DNA of 64,000 nucleotides from Flectonema sp. DT1601 (lineage: Eukaryota), in the NCBI GenBank assembly GCA_964019425.1, contig OZ025798.1, forward strand, positions 372,001 through 436,000. The letters are read 5' to 3'. Under the pieces are notes generated by a model. That model had not been told where the DNA came from. It ran no database searches and saw only the letters and a program-made list of their open reading frames with translations. This document shows positions 34,143 through 44,902 of the stretch, in pieces (position 1 is the first letter of the stretch; every line of letters starts with the position of its first letter). Position numbers and translations under genes: made by a program.

Positions 34143-36085
34143 AAAGGGACTTGTTTCGTATTTGATTAGTTTAAAAATACTGAGGTGCAACTTTATTTTA
34201 AAACCATTCAGATAAGCCTTATATTTTGTTGATCGCAGCTAGTTTACTGGCGCACAGGGAAATAGATAACATGACATAATAAATAACGGCTCTTAATCTG
34301 AATAGTTTCTTCTCCGACTTCGTCGGTGCAAAAAAAAAAAACACATATTTTCAAGTTGACATACCGCATGACTAAATTTCGAACCTCCTCTAAAGAGCAG
34401 GACATGTACTCAAATAGAATAAGCAGACATTTACTTCTATAAAACGCGTTGTAAGACTTTATAATATAACAGCAATCATGATCAGTGAATAACATGCTGA
34501 GCTCTCGGGAAATTGCTTTTCTCTGAGCTGCGTTTTGAAGTTCATCTTGTCTGTATGTCAATAAGTCAATTTTTTTAATAGCAAAAAACTTACCAGTGTG
34601 ACGATGTATACATTTTAACACAGATCCTTGGGTACCTCCTCCTAAGAATTGATTTGTAATCTCTATGTCTGCATACTGAATACAGTCTGGGTCATCAGAG
34701 TCTGAATCAGACCCTTGAAAAGTGTAAGCAGCAGTCGGTTTTTTTGCTTTCGATGTTTCTTTTAAAGTCCTTTCAGCCCCATTATTTGATATTTTTATTT
34801 GACTATTTGAAGGGTCGGATGTTAATTTTTTCCAGTCTCCAGTAAAAACATCAAATTCAATAGTTTTATGTGCAGTGGGATTATTAACACTTAAGACTTC
34901 ATCATCGGGAGGAAACATTTCGAATTGAATCGTGTTGTCCTTTTTCTTTTTTCGTTTTCCCTTTTGATTACTTTTCGGTTCTAATTTTTGCGGTTCAATC
35001 TTCACTACTGGAATTCCATCTTTTGGAAAATCGATTTCAATTTTTGGTAGTCTTCTTTTATTTTTACCAATTGTGATTGTTACGTGTTTAGAACTGTCTG
35101 GTTTATCATCAGCAGTTGAAGTGATCGACTTATCCAACTCGGGTTCCTTAACTAAATCCTGACTAGCTACAGTGGGGATAGGAACTAATTTCGGTTTTTG
35201 TCTTCGTCTAGTCGGTTCGTTGTCAGATTTCGGAGATTCAGTGACTTGTGATTGTGTCGCATCCGTTGTAACACCAGCAGGTGAATGAATCGAATCTTGA
35301 CTCGCACTTGTTGGAATTGGAACAAGTTTTGGTTTTGGTCTTCTTCTTCCAGTTGGCTCAATATCAGACTTTGGTGATTCCGTCACTTCTGTTGTTGATG
35401 TCAGAGGTTCTTTCGTTGGTGTTGTTGTCTCCTCGCTTGTAGGTGACAGTTGAGGCTTCTTTCGTCTCACTGGTACATTAAAACCAGCCATAGTAATACC
35501 TTCTGATGATTCTGTTCTCAGTCCAATATCAGATCCACTTGTTTGAAGTTCACTACTTCCACCAGAAACAATACTTTTTGGTGGTGCTGTTCGTTTTCGA
35601 GGGAGTTCGAATCCAGCTAAAGTAACCTCCTCACCCTGTCGAGTACATGGAATCGGTGTCGTAGGAGGAGCTTTCTTCTTCTTCGGAAGAAGGAAGCCAG
35701 CTGTTGTGATTACAGCTTCAGTTCTTTTCTTTTCTACAGTTCTGTGTCGTTCCTTTGCACTCACATTCCTGTATCGTTCTTTCCCATTTGTTGCCACTGG
35801 AGCCGTCTTCTTCTTGTCAGCAGCTTTTTGACGTTCTTTTTCCTTTTTATGATGCTTCATGTTAGAGTTAACCTTTCCCTGAATAGTTCCTCTCTTACCT
35901 TTACCAGAGCTATAATGATGTATAGGATGAACATGATGCTGTTGTTGTTGGTGTGCAAGTGGGATAACACCCTTATGTCCTTTTTTTGATCCTTTTCCAC
36001 CACCTTTACCCGAAACAGGTCTACCTTCGGATACTACTTTTGTCTTAACGATATTCACAACCTCGTCTTCTGGTGTTTCAGACAT
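32219..36085 (-). CDS. MAP kinase kinase (STE7-like), ~929 aa; exons 36085-34365 and 33287-32219
   Basis: Exon 1 has LGGGTQGSV, AIKKI, ISRELSML, FEYMSCSL; exon 2 has HKDIKPANVL, DFG, GTQMYMAPER, SDIWSLG. The 1077-nt intron 33288-34364 (GTATGT...tacAG) keeps the frame. Confidence 0.85.
33991..34341 (+). repeat. Two tandem copies of a short poly(A)-tailed element inside the MAP2K intron
   Basis: aaaaccattcagata...ttgatcgcag...taatctgaatagtttcttctccgacttcgtcggtgc(A)n occurs twice. Related 3' ends at ~3785-3822, 10222-10279 and 10812-10860. Confidence 0.7.
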
Positions 36086-36965
36086 TAGTATTAAGGGGAC
36101 AGAAATGCTGTCATATCATCAGCGATTACTGTGATGGGAGGGAATTGAACTTGGTAAATTTAAACAGCTATAGCAAGTGAGCTAAAAGTGAATTGACAAC
36201 ACCAGATATTGTATATTTACTGTTATAAAAATAATTGCATTAAATTCTTGTTTTCTACGTATTATATTTCTGAAATGAACCCCTTCCCAAACCCGATGAC
36301 GATGCACGTGAAATGAGAAAACAACACATTCCCGTTTTCCCCCGCTATTTCCTTAACTTCACTTTTCTCTTTGTTGCATTTATTTATTTCCGCTAGTAGG
36401 CGTGCCACCCCTCTTTGTTTCCCCTTTCTTCTTTTGCCCCTCTGAGGAGGCTGAAAACAGAAAATGAGGGGCTTTGGGAGATATATAAGAAAGAAAAAGA
36501 GGGGAGAGAAAAGGGAAGGGAAAAGAACGAAGCTACCTGGTACCTCTTTCCCGTAGTGGTAGAACAAGCTGAAAAAATAAAAAAGAAATCCCCGTCAATG
36601 ACTGAAAGAAAAAAACACACTCGTACGTTGCACCCCCTATCAAAGAATAAAATGCTGCGAAAAGTGACCAACATAAAAGGAAAATAGCGTCCTGATTCAG
36701 TATCCTTGTATTTTTTTTTTTTTCTTACATTCTTTCTTTCCTCCTCTTTTTTTTAATTTTTTTAATATTTTTTTTTTTTTTCCAACCTTGCCATAATAAT
36801 ACCCCACTTCGAAGATTTATTTTTTTCCTTTGTTGGTTTTTTTTTTTTTTTTTTTTTTTTTTCCTTCCTATTTTTTTTTTTTTTTCAAATTATAAAAGAA
36901 AAGCCCAAGCAGAAAAATGATAAACCATTAAAACTACAGAACTTCCCACACGGACCAGCACCTAT

Positions 36966-38806
36966 TTAGACGGAACGCTTGCATGAGTACAACAAGTTCT
37001 TAAGTGCGACCAATTCCTTGTCAGTCTTGATAAGGTTCATTCTTGCCTGGTAGTGGGTCAAGAAGATTGAAGTGTGTGACTTCAACATGTCGTCAAGCTC
37101 GTTCTTCAATGGAGCGTGCCTGTATTAAGTGTTTGAAAACCATTCAAAGAGATCATACTTGTTAATCTCTAACACAAATTCAAATAAATAACATACTTCA
37201 AGGTAAAGAATCTGACCAAGTAGTTCAAGGCAGTGACGTACATGTAGAAGAACTTGTTCTGCGCGTTGTTGTAAAGGATTGAAAGATCTTTGTGAACGAG
37301 GAGGTACTCGTAGAACTTAACGTAGTTCAACTTAACGTCGTCCATGTATCCTCCGAGACAGGCGTACAAAGCAACGATAGCGTGAAGGAAGTATGATGGT
37401 CCCTTCTGGTTGAACATCGCAACGAATCTTGATCCTCTCACCATCTCCATCGACATAACTGACTGTCCTCCGACAGAGTCAGCAGCCAACTTTCTGTACT
37501 CAGCAATGATCTTCTTCAGTTCAGTTGAGACCTTCTTCATGGCCTCGTTCTGGGCAGCAGATCCAACACGTGAGACAGACAGACCGATGTTAACAGCAGG
37601 TCTCTGACCTCCAGTAAACAACTTAGCGTCAAGGTAGATCTGACCATCAGTAATAGAGATGACGTTAGTAACAATGTAGGCGGTAACATCGTTAGAGAGA
37701 GTCTCAACAATTGGAAGGGCAGTCAATGAACCTCCTCCCATACCAGGAGACATCATAGCAGCTCTCTCAAGAAGACGAGAGTGAAGGTAGAAAACGTCAC
37801 CAGGGTACGCCTCACGACCTGGAGGTCTTCTCAACAACAAAGACAACTGACGGTAAGCAACAGCCTGCTTTGACAAGTCATCGTAGATAATAAGGGAGTG
37901 ACGTCCTGCGTCTCTAAACTTCTCACAGATGGTGACTCCAGAGAACGGAGCGAGGTACTGAAGACCAGCAGGGTCAGCGGCAGTGGCAGCCATGATAACA
38001 GAGTACTGAAGGGCGTTGTACAAGTCCAACATTCTGTAGATACGGGCAACGTTGGAGCAACGCTGACCAACAGACACGTAAACAGACACAACGTTGTTCT
38101 TACGAAGGGTCTGCTGGTTAACACGAACCTGGTTGATGATAGTCGACACAGCGATCGAAGTCTTACCAGTCTGTCTGTCTCCGACAATCAACTCACGCTG
38201 TCCTCTACCAATTGGGATCATAGTGTCGACAACCTTGAATCCAGTAGTCAAGTTGTAGTTGACAGGCTGTCTCTGAATGATATTTGGAGCTGGAACATCA
38301 ACCTGACCAATCTCATCGTTGAAACATGGACGGGATCTCTGGATCGCTGAAGTTGGGATCTCATGACCGAGAGGGTTGATAACCTTTCCGAGAACTCCGA
38401 AACCGACAGGAATCTTCAATAGTTCCTCGGTGGCGTAAACTGGCTGACCAGATCTGACAGCGTCAGTGTTGTCCAATAAGATAACACCAATCGATCCGTC
38501 CTTGTTCAAGTTAAAGACGACAGCGTGAGCAACTCCCTTCTCGGTTTCCTTTGAAGTCTGAATCTTAACAACTGAGTTGAAGGAAGCTGATCCTCCAACT
38601 CCAGCAGGGGCGACGGTTGCGATGGTTCCGTCAATGGAGTGAACGTGTCCAACAAGTGGAGTACTCTTGAATCCACTGCTGCTGTTGTGTCTTACCTGCT
38701 GGAACTGAGCTCCACTGGTCATAGGAACGGACTGAGTAAGTCCTGACACGCAGGACATCGCTGGAGCGGCCCTGCGGATCGCAGCTACGCGGGTACAACG
38801 ACGCAT
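36966..38806 (-). CDS. ATP1: Mitochondrial F1 ATP synthase subunit alpha (587 aa); exons 38806-37197 and 37119-36966
   Basis: PIGRGQRELIVGDRQTGKT, PPGREAYPGDVFYLHSRLLER. Intron 37120-37196 restores the euglenozoan-type end HAPLKNELDDMLKSH...LKNLLYSCKRSV*. Confidence 0.97.
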
Positions 38807-39189
38807 GATAACGTGTGAGGTCCTTGGAATAAGAAAGTTAATAACATAAATAAATAATCCACTACGAGACTACTAATACTATCCTTGCGCTGCCATGAAC
38901 CTGTTCTACCGAAAGAAATTATGTGAGAGTTCGCAGACAGATACCTTGTCGTGCTATAAAGGATACAGGAAGCATAAAATATAAACATCAACACAAAAAT
39001 CAAAATCTAACAACGCGACGATGAACGACAAGTTGTGTCACAGAAGTAAAAGAAAAAGAAAAAGAATATTCGATAAAGCGAAAAGTTTAAAAAAAAAAAA
39101 AAAAAAATACACGAACGAATCCTTAAGTCGAATGACGGTGTGATTATATTTATTTATCAAAGAGATAATTATATACCTCTGACTGCTCA

Positions 39190-41376
39190 CTACAACACGG
39201 AATACGGAGAAAATAAAACACAGCAAACAGCAAAACAAATTATTGTCATGCAAACAAGAGCAGACAAATATTTAAACAAGTTAGCCATGACGTGAGAAAC
39301 AAGATCAGAACCCGAAGACTGAGGTGCAGGAGGAGGAGGTACAATAGCAAAGAGAAGATAGCGATGGGAAGCTTCAGCGCAAACAACAACATCTCTCTGT
39401 GCAGCTTCTGAAGATGTTATCACAGAAATAGAGTTTGAGAATAGAGCTCTAGCTTGTTCTTCCTGCTCTTCAAGTAAACAAGCTCTCTGACCTTCCAACT
39501 CTGCTACGGTATTGACCAGAGCAGCTCTGTCAGCTTCGTAATACATCTTTAGAGCTTGAATTTCATAATAATTTGTGCTGGTACTCTCAGGTGATGCGAG
39601 ACCAGATTCCATAACACCACGAGTTTGGTTATCACTTCCAGCACTTCCACTTCTTGCAGTGCTGTACGCACGATAAACTATCTCATTAGTGTCTTTGGTT
39701 AGATTTTCAAGTAGTGGTTTAGTTGGAGGTTTTGGACTCATACTTCTACTTTCTCTAATTGTCGGACTAGCAGCTCTCATAGGAGTTGGTGGTTGTAATT
39801 CTGACAACAATCCTGTTGGTGAAGTACTATCTCCAACTGTAGCATTATAATGTGATTGAAGTACTGTATTTCCAACAGCAGTAGTTGGAGTACTACTTCT
39901 ACTACAATAAGGTCTGGGTAATTCATCATATAATGGAATTGAATGTGGTACAACACTACTTGTAGGGGTTGCAGGTCTCTGAAGTTCCTGCATTCTGTTA
40001 TACGAACGAGTGAGTTCCTCATATGCGCTGAGACTCGGTACTGCTGTACCAGGAGGAGTATTTCCTCTACTGCCATAGGAAGGTCTGTGGGTCAACGATC
40101 CTAATTGAGAAGTACATAAATTATCAATCGGGTTTTCAGCAGTCCTACGAGAAGCAACAACAGGTGGTAATTCTGAAGATGTTGGAACAGATGAAGAATA
40201 CCCACCTGATAAAATACCATCGCCTGCATTAAGATAAGGTGTTGACGATGCAACAGCGGGAATCGAACTGGACGCTCCCGCACGAGGACTCGGTACCAAA
40301 GCAGAAACAGCACTGTCAGTTACACCAGTAGTCATTAAAACATTATAGTCAAGAGTGTACTCTTGTTCCTTTGGTGATATTCTATTGAGATAGGCATCAG
40401 AGCTGTAGACGGATTTCATTTTCGCATCTCCTTCAGCAGATTTATTCCTCTCTGGAGAATCTCTACTCAAATAAGTCATCGAATCATAAACAGAACCTCT
40501 GAAGTGAGTCTCCTTATCTGAAACTGGTGTGTATGTTGATTGTAATGGTGTTCCCATTCTATCATGTTGTGGATTAGATTTCGGTAGTATTGGTATTTCT
40601 TGTGGGGTACTTGGCTGTGATGGAAATTCACTTCTTTTTAAGAATGCCGGTACCGGTCGCGCTCTAAACTGTGGCGCCACAGAAGGCTCCTCTATATTTT
40701 TTACCTTTCTTGTGGTAGCGCTATGAAGCCTGTCGCAGACTGATCCGAAATTCTCAACAGTTTTCTGAGGTTGTGCTGATGGGACTGCCGTTGCTCCAGC
40801 GCGACGAACATTCCCTGCCTCAGCACGTCTAATAGATTTGATCCGACGTTTTAAACCAGAGAATCGTTGTGTCATTTCTGCGAAGTCACACTTTTCTGAC
40901 TTGGAAATTGTATCTCGAGAGATGCGCTCTTCCCGAGATAAAATCATGCGGCCTCTGTTTGGGTTTGCTGGAAGCTTAGTTTCAGTTCCATCATCCACAC
41001 CGAAGGTCCTACTTCTGACAGAGGAAGAACGAGGTTGAGATTCGCGTGTTGGTGTTGGCGTTGGTGTTGGTGTTGGTGTCTGGGGAGTTACAGATTTACG
41101 TGTTGGTGTTAATCTTGCACTTGGACTCCTACTTCTTGATGATCGTCTTCTTGGTGCTGCTAAGGACCTGACCCAGATCCTCTTTCTCTCTCGTTGTTCC
41201 CACACAGTCACACCTAATCTCATTCCATTCTCTTCTACTGCTAAACCTAAAATACTTCCAACAAGTGAGAGCCCTTCCCATGTCTGTGCTTCAATCATTC
41301 GCATTACTGCTCTTCCTGCTTTCTGATCTGCGAATAGCCTCGCATACTTTGCGCTGATATCGTCATCGTATCTCAT
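39190..41376 (-). CDS. Large Ser/Pro/Thr-rich, mostly disordered protein with a C-terminal coiled coil
   Basis: ORF of ~730 aa; first ATG after a ctgcAG acceptor is at 41376; contains a FRARPVP motif and (TP)n. Termini uncertain. Confidence 0.7.
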   Translation of the reverse strand: MRYDDDISAKYARLFADQKAGRAVMRMIEAQTWEGLSLVGSILGLAVEENGMRLGVTVWEQRERKRIWVRSLAAPRRRSSRSRSPSARLTPTRKSVTPQTPTPTPTPTPTRESQPRSSSVRSRTFGVDDGTETKLPANPNRGRMILSREERISRDTISKSEKCDFAEMTQRFSGLKRRIKSIRRAEAGNVRRAGATAVPSAQPQKTVENFGSVCDRLHSATTRKVKNIEEPSVAPQFRARPVPAFLKRSEFPSQPSTPQEIPILPKSNPQHDRMGTPLQSTYTPVSDKETHFRGSVYDSMTYLSRDSPERNKSAEGDAKMKSVYSSDAYLNRISPKEQEYTLDYNVLMTTGVTDSAVSALVPSPRAGASSSIPAVASSTPYLNAGDGILSGGYSSSVPTSSELPPVVASRRTAENPIDNLCTSQLGSLTHRPSYGSRGNTPPGTAVPSLSAYEELTRSYNRMQELQRPATPTSSVVPHSIPLYDELPRPYCSRSSTPTTAVGNTVLQSHYNATVGDSTSPTGLLSELQPPTPMRAASPTIRESRSMSPKPPTKPLLENLTKDTNEIVYRAYSTARSGSAGSDNQTRGVMESGLASPESTSTNYYEIQALKMYYEADRAALVNTVAELEGQRACLLEEQEEQARALFSNSISVITSSEAAQRDVVVCAEASHRYLLFAIVPPPPAPQSSGSDLVSHVMANLFKYLSALVCMTIICFAVCCVLFSPYSVL

Positions 41377-41529
41377 GTTGTTCGCATCGAGCACTGCAGT
41401 AAATAGCTAATTACAAAAAACAAGACGGAGAAACAATACTGGTATGTTACAATATGTGTTAAAAGGGTGTTTTAATATTTTAAACAAAAAAAAGGCTAGG
41501 AAAAGTTTTAGTTGAATTCTCAAAACAGT

Positions 41530-42441
41530 CTACCAACACTCATCAGAAGAACAGAAGGAATTATACCTTTCCACGGCATCAATTTGTAATTTATTTGAAA
41601 GTATTTCTTCCAATTCACGAAATCTTCTCCGACGAGAAACATCAATCGGAGTCTCTCCACTTACATTTTTAACATCAATCAACACGTTTGGGTGTTGTAG
41701 TATTACTTTAACAACACTTACATGACCACTATAAACAGCATTGTGTAAGGGAGTGTAATTACCAGCGTCTGGTTTGTTTGGATCAATTAAATCACAATTT
41801 AATAATAACCGAACAGCATCACATTTTCCTTTAAAAGCTGCAATATTCAAAGGTGTGTATCCCACGTCATCCGTTTCATTTATGAGTTTAGCAAACCGTG
41901 AATCTGATATAAGAATATCTAATATTTCAGTGTTTCCATCTTTTGCTACGATGTGAAGGGCAGTACAGACTTCAGAGTTTATATTTGTGATGTCTATGTC
42001 GTTATGTTGAAGAAGTATTTTCACAAGATGGGTGTGACCATATTTTAAACAAAGATATAACGGAGTCTTATCGTCAGGGAATCGTTCATTAATACGGAAA
42101 CCTGCTGCTATGAAATCAAACATCTTAGTACTACCTGACACAATACAGTTTCTGTAGTCTGTTGTAGTGGTTGCAGATCCGTGAGGCAGTCTCAACACAG
42201 CCATTCCCTTATCAGATAGCACAACGTCAATTTCACTTCCCAGTTCAATTCCTGCTGACATAACATTTTCTTCCGGTTTTAGTACCAGTCCTTCATGAAC
42301 CAAGTCAAAGAAAGTCTGATCAAGGTCGTGATTTTCTGAGATAGTTGCCTTCAAATTACTAACCAGTGTCGTCGGATAAATATCAATACCGAAAGTGTGT
42401 GAATCCGGAAGGGTAAATAACACTGACAGTGACCCAAACAT
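41530..42441 (-). CDS. Ubiquitin-like domain + ankyrin repeat protein
   Basis: N-terminal Ubl-like segment (LKATISE...LVHEGLVL...GIELGSEIDVV); four to five ankyrin repeats (TPLYL, TALHI, TPLNIA, TPLHNA, TPID). Confidence 0.88.
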   Translation of the reverse strand: MFGSLSVLFTLPDSHTFGIDIYPTTLVSNLKATISENHDLDQTFFDLVHEGLVLKPEENVMSAGIELGSEIDVVLSDKGMAVLRLPHGSATTTTDYRNCIVSGSTKMFDFIAAGFRINERFPDDKTPLYLCLKYGHTHLVKILLQHNDIDITNINSEVCTALHIVAKDGNTEILDILISDSRFAKLINETDDVGYTPLNIAAFKGKCDAVRLLLNCDLIDPNKPDAGNYTPLHNAVYSGHVSVVKVILQHPNVLIDVKNVSGETPIDVSRRRRFRELEEILSNKLQIDAVERYNSFCSSDECW

Positions 42442-44419
42442 GTGTTTTGTACCAACCTAATGAGAGTAATTATTACAATGATTCGTTTCTCTTATGTAAA
42501 CCTGTTAAAGAGGAGGGGGAAATGGGGCACTATTAGTACACTTATGTCACATTAGTCTTGAGATCTTATGGCTCCTGCGATAGTCGCTGGGGAGAGGCAG
42601 AGAAAGAAGGGAAAAAAAAAAAAAAAAAAAAAAAAGAGAGAGAGAAAAAGAAATCGTTGTTAAAGTATAAAAGAAGAAAGGTGTCTCAAAACAGAAGGGA
42701 ATCAAACGGAATACTGTTGCCGCTACTACTGCGTTCAGATTTTTTGAAAGACAACGTTCGAAAGGTCTAACAAAGTAAAATCGATGTAGTACACTACAAG
42801 AATAACCGTTATGAAACACACATCCGAAGCAAAGAGGTTCATAATTTAACCCAAAGAACAGGGGAAGTATTCACCAGGTAAATAACGACTAGCAGAAATG
42901 ATGTTCCAATTTGCTGAGTCTCTTAATATTTATCAACAGCCGGAGGTGAGGAGGGTGTGGGTGGAAACAAATTTTACAACATGAAGTTAGGATGTGTCTC
43001 AACATTTTAAAAACCTTACTCGAAGCAAATAACAAATAGAAAAAGAGAACCAGGACGAGCACAAGTTCAAGAGAATGAGTAAAGCTGTTGTTTTTGTGAA
43101 TGCCCACACTCTTATAGTAGTGATACGTAATTTGACTTTGTATCTGGGATGTTACAATAAAGAAAATTTAAAAATATATATTTATAAGAACCGCGAATAG
43201 GAACCTCTCTTCTTTAATCAACTTCACTTTCTCCCAGAGGGAGACTTTAAAGTGAAAAAAGAACCATGTTGTGGGTGATTTTTCTTTTTTTTTTTTTTCC
43301 CCCACTCACGGCGTTAGTGTTACGTATTGCTATTTCTGCGCATCAAAAAGGGTTATAAAATCGATCTCAGAGAGAATCGAACTTGGTACAAAAAAATAAA
43401 CTTCTTTGCCACATTAGATTTTACACCCAGAATGGTTGAGCAAAACGTTGTCAACGAACTTCACGTGATCTCACGCAAAGCCAGCAGCTTTTCATTCTTA
43501 AGGAATGTATTCTACTCACTCGCAATTGAATGAGGTACCTATGCTACTACTAGTGGGGTGTTTGGACCACAAAAGATAAAAGAAAAGAAAAAAAAACACG
43601 ACTGACTTACCTGGGCACATAAGTCTGCGGAAACAGCGACGAAGGAGGTATCCTGTAGGGTCACAACTTTGTCCGGGAAAGAGAAAAAAAAACGGTGACG
43701 ATCATTAGGCTTCGTTACGTACATAACAGTGTTATACACATCACAGATGTGGCACTTAAAAAAGAGCTAACCGAAGAGCAGCACACGGCTGGCAAAAAAA
43801 GCACAAAAAAAAACACCTCATCACCTATAAACATAATGTAGTGGACCAAACAAGACTTTTTGGGGTTGTGATATTTCGACATTGTAGAAAAACAATAATA
43901 AACCTTAAATACTCAAGGATAAGTAATAAGGTTAAAACAGAGAAATATGAAGGAAGGCGAAGAACCATTTTTAGTTTTAAGAAAGGTTATTCAGTGACAT
44001 CTTGAGCCATAAAAAAGCGAATCAAACAAAAGAGAAATAATAGTTTTCAAAGGATCTCCAACAGTTGTATTAATAAAAACATCTAACGGAATCCCCAGAC
44101 TTATCCAATTCTCAATGATGACAGCCTTGAAATGATTGTTAAGATTTGACAGTTAATTCATAACAATCTTATGACTTTTTTTTTTTTTTTTTTTTTCTGC
44201 CAAAGATCACACAACAAGACAGACGGGGGCATCAGCGTGACCGACATCTTTTCTTATTGTAGCCACGTGAGGATTATTCATACTTGATAGCATTAAAATG
44301 CAAGTCCCAGTTTCCACCACAGCACGTGTCACGAATTATAACAGAATTAATACAGTAAGAACGGATAGCTATATTTTTTTTTTTTTTTTTTTTTTTGTAC
44401 TGACATTTTGCGTCAATAA

Positions 44420-44453
<34 letters not shown>

Positions 44454-44902
44454 GAAAGACATTTATCATTCACGATCAACAACCACTATCGATGTTTAGC
44501 ATTTATAAGTTACACTGTTGGGTAACTTATACTCGTTCACTTGTTTTATTCTGTATTTGCTACACGACTTGTGCATTGCAGAGAGCGTTGGGGTTAAAAA
44601 CACATAACAAATGGGAACAAAAGGAATTGGGATATGTGTTTGTATCAAAAATGTTGAACCAATTTATACCAATTAGTAATTTCTTGAGACAGTGACTTAA
44701 TGTTAGTGAGTAAATCGAAAAAGGGAAAATAAAAAAAAAACTTACTTATTTTTTTTTTTTTTTTTTTTAAAAAGCGTAACGACGAGAATAATCGTGTTTG
44801 TTAAACGAACGGTAAAAAGAGAGAGTTAAAAGAAATAAAAAGTTTTATAAAACCTTAAGTTTAAAAAAAAAAAAAAAGCGAGAACCTGCTTTTATATCAT
44901 GT

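Noticed and set aside
42547..44695. Short poly-F/poly-K ORFs in intergenic DNA
   Set aside because: Produced by poly(T)/poly(A) tracts, with no coding signal.
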